Of a stretch of 64,000 nucleotides of DNA, positions 56,386 to 64,000 are shown piece by piece. Origin of the DNA: Lingula anatina (lineage: Eukaryota; Animalia; Brachiopoda); the NCBI GenBank assembly GCA_051362555.1, contig CM120640.1, forward strand, positions 2,542,001 to 2,606,000. Reading direction: 5' to 3'. Positions within the stretch are counted from its first letter, which is position 1. Each line of letters starts with the position of its first letter. The notes beneath the pieces were generated by a model. That model ran no database searches, had not been told where the DNA came from, and was given only the letters and a program-made list of their open reading frames with translations. The position numbers were made by a program, and so were the translations under genes.

Positions 56386-57621
56386 TTAGCATTTAACAAA
56401 CGTCCAAATACCTTGCCTGTTCCCTTCACTTTACTGGAGTATTTAAAAACTCAAGACCCATAACAAAAACAATAAAATAATACTGTATATTGAACTGAAA
56501 ATACACGTGCCTCGTAGCAAGATGTTTTTTCTTGAACATGGCATAAAATGAATTGATATACTAAAATAAATAGAAAACCAAACATTATATTAGTCTTATT
56601 AATAAATATATAAATTAAACATTAGCACTTGCATATCAGAAAACCATTTTATGAAATCAGACAAGCAGAATTGATCTTAAAAAAACCCCAAAGCATCAAT
56701 ATCACGTTTTTTCATCAGCTTCACCAAAATCAGCCGTCACCGCTGACGCAATCCACAAATTGAAGAGCTATTCAACATCCAGATCAGAATCCAGGCACTA
56801 CCAGAGACAAAACAAGACTGGCAGAAGTTTTCATTCAATTGACGCAAAAATGTCATAAAATATCAAGTCAGCTAGCTGTATCCTTACAGCAGTAATTCAC
56901 CGATACTTCAAACGTCTGCGTTTCCTTGAATTTTTTAATTTCAACTGGTTTGATAAAGTGTGAAATTTGGTATGATTGCTAATTATATATTTTAAGAAAA
57001 CTTACGGACTAAAAGATATATTTGATTTCATTCTTCGTGCAATGTACTTCGTCAATATCATAAAAAACTTCATTTCTGTCATAAATTAGTTATATCCCAG
57101 CTAACATTAAATAATTCCTATTGTTGGCAGTCTCTATTAAAACCCTGAAACGGTGCAGTTGCATAGTTCCTATAAAATCGACTAAGTGTGTTCCTAAACA
57201 AGTAGATATGTCTTGTAATCACCCGTTCGAGTTTGACGCGTGAACTCAAGGCAGATCTCGGTATACCCCAGCACTAATGACAGCAAAAATCTTCAGCCCA
57301 CGTGTTGCAAGCGTTCTAGCCCATCCACATAGCAGAGGGGTTGATTTCTATTCAGGTCATTTGGGTTCTGGTATCCATCTTACCACAGCTTTACTTATAC
57401 TGGCAAATAAGACTGCGGCATAGCGTTCTGATATGAAGGGATTCGCTTGTGTCCGAACAACAAGGAAATAGTTTACCTTCATTGTCCAGCCCAGTGAGAT
57501 TCTATTCAACAATCGTGAAGTGGGCTTTGTAACATGGATCGTGTTATGAAAATGATGAACACCAGACAGTCTGCAGGAGTAGCAGTGCATAATTTCATGT
57601 ACTAACGGCGGCTCATCAATG

Positions 57622-60600
57622 TCAAACACGACACGTTTTCTTCCCCACGTACTCCGCACATGTACCCTCCAGGTCACCAGCCTGGCACCCCCGCGTGGAG
57701 AACCTCACAGCGTGGACCGACCTTGCGTCCATGCTGCTTGCCAACCGACTGTTAAAGCTGAAAGGCCATGTCTGGAATATGCCAAAAAAATGTTCAGTCT
57801 ATATAATTCTTCAACTTTGTGTTAATTTGACAGTATAATTATGGTATAAACACCAGATTCATCAGGTGCCAATGTACATCATAAATATAAATTCTGTTAA
57901 CTATACAATTATTAAGTAATAATAAAGTAATACCAGAATGTACTATTTAATACTAAATCTAATAAATACCACAACAGTGCATCCAAATAAAATAATTAGT
58001 ATAAATTAGTATTAATAGTATAAATTATTGTTTGAGTTAAATGCAACATAGTTTATCATTTCCATTTAGATAAGCCCAGAAACGTCAAAGCATTTCAAAA
58101 CAAAAAGAGAGTTAACTTAAGACGAGATGCCTTGTTCACCACTCAGGGGCAAGGTTAAAACATATAATATATAGCGTTTAAAAGAAAGAAAACAATACTT
58201 TATGGGTTATTTTGACCCCACCCCACCCCCACCCCCAAAATTAATAACATCATTACTTACGTTTGCTAGTAATAGTATGCGTGTAATTTTTGGTAGTTTT
58301 GAAACATATTGCAAAGTATTGTACGGAAGTATACGCATTGGTTTATTCGTGCTTGCAAGGGTTTGTTTTGTGTTCCCATGCCTAACTCCACTTACCGCTA
58401 AAGAGCATAATGATAATTTGAGCTGAATATTCTATGTCACAATGCAATGCCTCTTTTCAATTTCTTTTGGCATTGTATAACTTTAACATGTAATGCGCCT
58501 AAAAATACGCTATTACTTGTAGAAGGTTTTCATTGTCTCGATTGGATCTATATGAAACTATTTGGAACCCAAAGCCTGAGCTACAAAAACTGCTCTATAA
58601 GGGAAAGAATCGACGAAAATGGCTTTTTGTCATTATATACACCCCCCTTTATCTCTAAAGAAAACATTTCTTGATAGCCGTGAGAATTTCCAAGAACAAG
58701 CTCTCATTTATCATTTATATGTTGTAACATTAATGATTACTTATTTTTCTCCAATTTTCTCCTATTTCTATGGAATTAAAAATTACTACTCGATGAAGTT
58801 TTACACAAAAATGACCTAGAACGGATTTAGTTATAAACTCTTCTAAAAACATTAAAACAAAAAAAAATACCCATTAATATATGAGTTAATTAAGAACCCA
58901 TCTCCTCGGTATTGTTTGGCATGTTATGCTCGACAATTAATTGGTTGTCTCCTACAAAATGTGCCACACTTTGATACATACAATGGCTTCTTGTACTGAA
59001 TAACAGAACCAAGATTTCTCACGAAGAAGGCTATACAATCAGCAAAGAAAGGGAGGAAAAAAACACATACACACATCTGCACAATTTTAGGATCAGCTCA
59101 CGTTCGATTTGCTCCCGGTTGGAAGAACGTTATCAAATTTTACAGTGAATTACTCGAGGTAATGATATTTCAATTTAAGAACACGACCTGACCGCGATCT
59201 GCGGCAGAAAATATGCAGAAGGAATTGCAAAATCTAATTAGCGGAAGAGGTTCGGTTGAAGTTGGTTGCGATTTCTTACAGCCAGACAGCGAAGTTCTTA
59301 TAGGTGGACTACACAGAGAAAAAAAAAACATAGCCATGGTACATATATAAATCTTAAATAATCTATGGGTTTATTTATATACTGTTTATTATTCCTATCA
59401 TAAACACACAAAGTTATAAGTCTACTATATATTATATATACTATATATTATATATACTATATATACTATATATTATAGTTATTCCAAAGACCTGACAAAT
59501 ATCCAAACTGTACTATTAGCCAGAAGAACACCCCAACCCCTCGAAGGCCATGTGTAAGGTAAGTATTAACATATTTTATCCTGTTTAAATACAGTTAATT
59601 ATTATTATTATTATTACTATTATTATTATTATTCCCATGTTCGAAGCCTGAAAACACCGAGACCACTGAACATGTCTAGTTGAAACAGGGGTCCACGAAA
59701 CAAATATACTTAAATCTCCTCGCATTCAAAACCAGTTATTCATTGTCTTTAAATATTGCAAATTAGTATTCTCATACAGAACTAAATGCTTCTATCTCAC
59801 TCTACCCGATAAATGTTGTCAAACAAAAAGAAGATATATTACATTTTTACAACAGGAAAAAGTAAACAAGATAAGAAAACGCTACACTGTACGACACAAT
59901 AAATGTCGTTGTAAATCACTCCTAGCATTTTGATGAGTGAGAGGAGAGCACTTAACAAAAGTTTATTTTGATTAAAACTGATCAAAAGTGTTTATTTGAC
60001 AAATATTTCTAAGAAGAATTTGATATTTCTATTTGTTACCATTGCGACTTAGAATGCTGGACAACGGCGGCACACGACGGCTATTCTCAGAAAATTTTAA
60101 AAAGATCGATGTTGGTAAAAAGTGTGAATTAATACCACTATTCCCAAGACTTTATAAAATCACCAACTCCTCTCACGTAATATTTGTTAATTTATCAGAT
60201 GAAAATTAAGTTTTGAAAAATGACCAAAGTCTATACATTAACACTTAATCTCTTTTCTTTTGAAAGAAAAACACTCCACTATTGAATTTGCCTTTGAGAA
60301 TTTAGTTAAGGAATATAAACTTCTGGTTATGTAAATAAATACCTAGTCCCATAAGGTGTATGCGGAGTCAATTAATGTGAATAAATAAGAAGTCATTCAA
60401 TAAGTTTACGTGTAAAAATGTTGTTTGATGTAAAATATTATGCACTTTTGTTAGTATATATTGCAAAGTGATTTTTCTTTTGCCCCAAACTTTCATTTTT
60501 TCCCTTTCCTTAGACCTACTGGGGATAGCACCGAAGTAGACTTCTTCACGACAAACTGCCATGTAAACACACTGGTATATAAACTATATATATATATATG

Positions 60601-60826
60601 TATATTGTATACATATGTAAGTATCAATGTATTGACGTAATTTACTTAATTTATTACTAGCGTTAGTTCTTATTTTGATGATAAATTTTGAATTGTTTAA
60701 TCATTGAGGACTTAAACGTTTCGTTAAAACCTTATTTCCGTGGTTTTAGTATTATATTTGTTGCTAGGCACATTACGCGGTGGCTGATTAAAATCAAAGT
60801 GGCAAAATCCGCAAGTATGAGCTAAC

Positions 60827-60877
<51 letters not shown>

Positions 60878-61199
60878 TGTGTTCACTTACCAGATTTATT
60901 GGGTGTATTGCTCCGTCCTTTACTGGACTCTCCGGTATGTCATCCTCCTCTAAAATTTTGCTCAAGTGGGCAATATAACTAGCAGCAAGTCTGAGAGTGT
61001 CTAGTTTAGACAGTTTTGTATCTGGTGGCACCCAAGGTAGTGTGGTTTTTAACTTGGAAAACGCTCGACTAAGTACTCTCATTCTTGCGCGTTCTCTTGC
61101 ATTAGCAGCGTTCCTTTGAATGGGCTTTACATCTTTTTCTCGAAACTCACTGTAGTTTTCCTCCTCTTTTCTTGATGATTCCTTTCGGCGGCGGCCCAT
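57622..61199 (-). CDS. TCF21: bHLH transcription factor, TCF21/musculin (MyoR)-like; exons 61199-60891, 57771-57622
   Basis: Contains [52 protein letters not shown] and the spliced IHPINL|TWPF, matching TCF21/MSC IHPVNLTWPF. It is probably a co-orthologue of TCF21 and MSC. Confidence 0.9.
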
Positions 61200-64000
61200 A
61201 TTGTGTCTACCTTCTTTGTAGAATATTTGATATCTTTCTTCCTAAATTCAAAGGGAAATTCTTGTTAAACGGCTTAAATAATCAAGAACAACGTTGCGAT
61301 TTCTTGAAACTGCGGCGACTTCCCGATTAGTGTACTTTAACAAAGTTTAAGCACAGTCCATCAGTTAAAAAATATTCCGTATGAAAAACGGCTAGAGCTG
61401 AGATTACGCTGCCACATTTCTGTTTCCATCAGAAGTTGGACTTGTTCATTTTAACAGGAACAGACTTCGAGTCGTACCCCCGAGCCTCAGAGCAAAGAAC
61501 GCTTACGCTGATTACCGAATTCTTTAATGTTGGTTTAGTTTCACTTTGTAGTTCTCTTACCACTTAGCCTCAAATTTCTCCAGTTTCTCAAATGACTAAA
61601 CTTCCCAAGCTTTAGATAATTTGCCTAATGGCTGGTAATTACTAAAGAAATCAGGTAGAAATTCCCTGTATTCTCCTAATGAAAAATACATAAACGTTAT
61701 TTAAAAGTTCACGTAAGAAAATCCAGCAGGACGAGAGAATTGATGATTTTGACTACTGATGGTGCGTTATGTAACATTACCTCATAATAAATATTTCACA
61801 AATTCTCACAGAACAAAATGGTTGATGATTTTACTTACGGGATGATTTGTTGTTGGATGGTATATGCCAGGCCTCTGTTTCCAAATTACCACATATATCT
61901 GGGACGGTTTGCATGGTATCAAATATCACAATGACTTAATTCCCCCTCGACTGTCCCTACAGCTAAAACTCAGCAAACCAAGCTAAGTATTTAACAGAAA
62001 ATGTTTATAAAAAATCACCTTGTACTGCCTAGTGTCAGTGAGTGCCTTTAGCGTCAAGGCGTCGACATAACAGACAATAACTAATTAGCGGGAAGATTTT
62101 TACGGGCCTGGGAAGGGTTCAGGGACTCAACTCGTCAATCAGCAATCCTCAGTTGCCTTTTTCTGACGAGATAATGTAAGGCGAAAATTTTGAAGAGTGG
62201 CAGATAATAGAAATGCCATCAACTTACTGTATCTCCATCGAACTTTACTTGTCATGAGTCGTTTGTAAATTTATGAAAGCGTCATATCTGAAAGAAATGC
62301 CAAGAAATAATTGTAGTTCGCTTGAACCTTCTTCTGTAACTGTCAGCACGACCGGCTTTGATTACTTCTAAAACTGTGTGCTTTAACTGTTTGTGTGACC
62401 GTCAGCACGTGGTTTTAATGGACATTCTGTCACCTGAGTCATTCGTATAACATTCCAAAAATTGTTGGTTTTTAGTTTTGATTGCAGCAACGTTCACTTT
62501 GTTTTGATTTAAAATCGTTCTATTCGCCTGGGAAATGTCCACATATTATATTGGCCCAGTTTTTCAGAAAGGGGGGGGGGGGGGCAACTGGGGAACTCCC
62601 TTTCGATACTCCAACCCCTAGGATAAACATCCTCCAGCAGTATCTTCCGAGGTACTTCAGACATGTAAATGAAGAGAATAGATACGTTTGACATTTGTAC
62701 CTACTTTGAAATAACTGTTTACTTTTGAAATATTTCTTTCGTCCTACTTTTAAATACCATCAGTGCGTTTTAAGCACAGCTATTCTAATTTTGTAGCCGA
62801 GTCAAGGTAAACATTGTGCATAGAATAGTATTAACATTAAAACTGTTTCATAAAACTGGAGGTAACTGCACAATATAGTTAATTTATAATTCTAATAATG
62901 ATGCTTTGAAGAACTTTACCCCAGTTAAGATACGGTTAAAACTGACACAGCACATGAGAGTACTTCAGCGTCATTTTTAATATACGCAATGTTCCATAGG
63001 TAAAGATAATATTATTTAGATATAAAAGGTGTGTCCATCGAAAAATTCCTTACGTAGTTTCTATTTTTTTCTGTGATTAATTTTTTTATTTTACTATTAA
63101 TTTTTCTCAATTAATGGATGTTCATGGGAAGACAATCTTTAAAAAATGTGAAGTTCGCAAATCGTGAAAAAGATTTATTTTGTTAATCCTTTATAATAAG
63201 GAGATAAATAATTTAAGAGACGCAGTCAAACATCTCAAGATTTGGCTATCATTTTCCAGATTTTCAACGCAGGAAGCGAACACCAAATAGATGGATTCAA
63301 ATCCCTGTTGACAGACGTGGAGTCACTTTGAAGACGCAGACGACATTTTGACACAATATAGATGCTACTTCTCTCGTGTGTAAAAATATAGGTGTCAAAC
63401 GACCACACACGTGCGAATCCGATAAACTTTATCCAAGTAGCTTATCTTTGCAAAGAAATTAAAAGCAGATTTGAGACTTTAGAAAAATAAGCTTTTCTGT
63501 GGTAGAGCATTTTAAACAACGCTCGGTCACCAGTCTCTGCTTTTAAGGAGCTCACGCTTTTCCAGGAGCGTTTTACTGAGTATTGTATGGTACAACCGAT
63601 AGCTTGTAAAAGTTTTAAGTAATTGAAAGTTATAATTTGCTTGCTTTTCTGGTTTCACTTTATCTTTCTTTCACTGCATTACACACCTACTGGAGCGATC
63701 GCAATCTTGACTCGGCCATCTTTATTTAAAATCTTACATTTTGCTGCGGGCAATCTGATCTGAACGCAGCTGTGCCGGTGATTTCGCGCTCGATTAGATT
63801 CTCGGTTGATGCCAAAAGTTGCTTTATTTTAAAAATTCTCCCTAAGATTTCATAAATATTTAGGAAAGCTAACGCTCATTCGTGTGGCTATGATTATGTC
63901 TTTATCGACACTCCTCCCACAGCGGGTGGCCTAATGTATCTGTTCACAGACTAGGCAAGTTGAAGATTCCTTTATTACTTTTTTGTTTATAACACAGCGA

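Noticed and set aside
57357-57677. 106-aa minus ORF near TCF21-like exon 2
   Set aside because: It is out of frame with the TWPF exon, which stops at 57622, and it starts at GTG. It is 3'UTR sequence.
59520-59556. ACATGGCCTTC (TWP-like) as an alternative exon 2 of the TCF21-like gene
   Set aside because: No AG acceptor precedes it. The 57771 site has ccag| and encodes TWPF.

Overview
This is AT-rich, gene-dense eukaryotic DNA with spliceosomal introns, most likely from a marine invertebrate (a mollusc-like lophotrochozoan; this is an inference). Recognisable genes in order are RIC3(-), CNOT11(+), a ZXD-family zinc finger gene(-), RPS11(-) with an intronic SNORD35-like box C/D snoRNA, NDUFV3(+, absent from the ORF track), CWF19L1(-) with a U12 AT-AC intron, a 12-finger C2H2 gene(+), ADF/cofilin(+), a spliced truncated transposase-like gene(-), DNAAF3(+) and two tandem MyoR-family bHLH genes (TCF23/24-like and TCF21/MSC-like, both -). 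The most striking item lies in the 7.6-kb intron 6 of CNOT11, which holds two antisense nested genes whose products both begin with an N-myristoylation signal. One is a three-exon 172-aa protein (MGCKES...) with a RHIM-like amyloid-signalling motif ([12 protein letters not shown]) and no other recognisable domain. The window also has MITEs, Helentron-type satellite arrays and several short duplications of splice sites. All gene models were built by hand from splice signals and reading-frame phase; no database searches were run.
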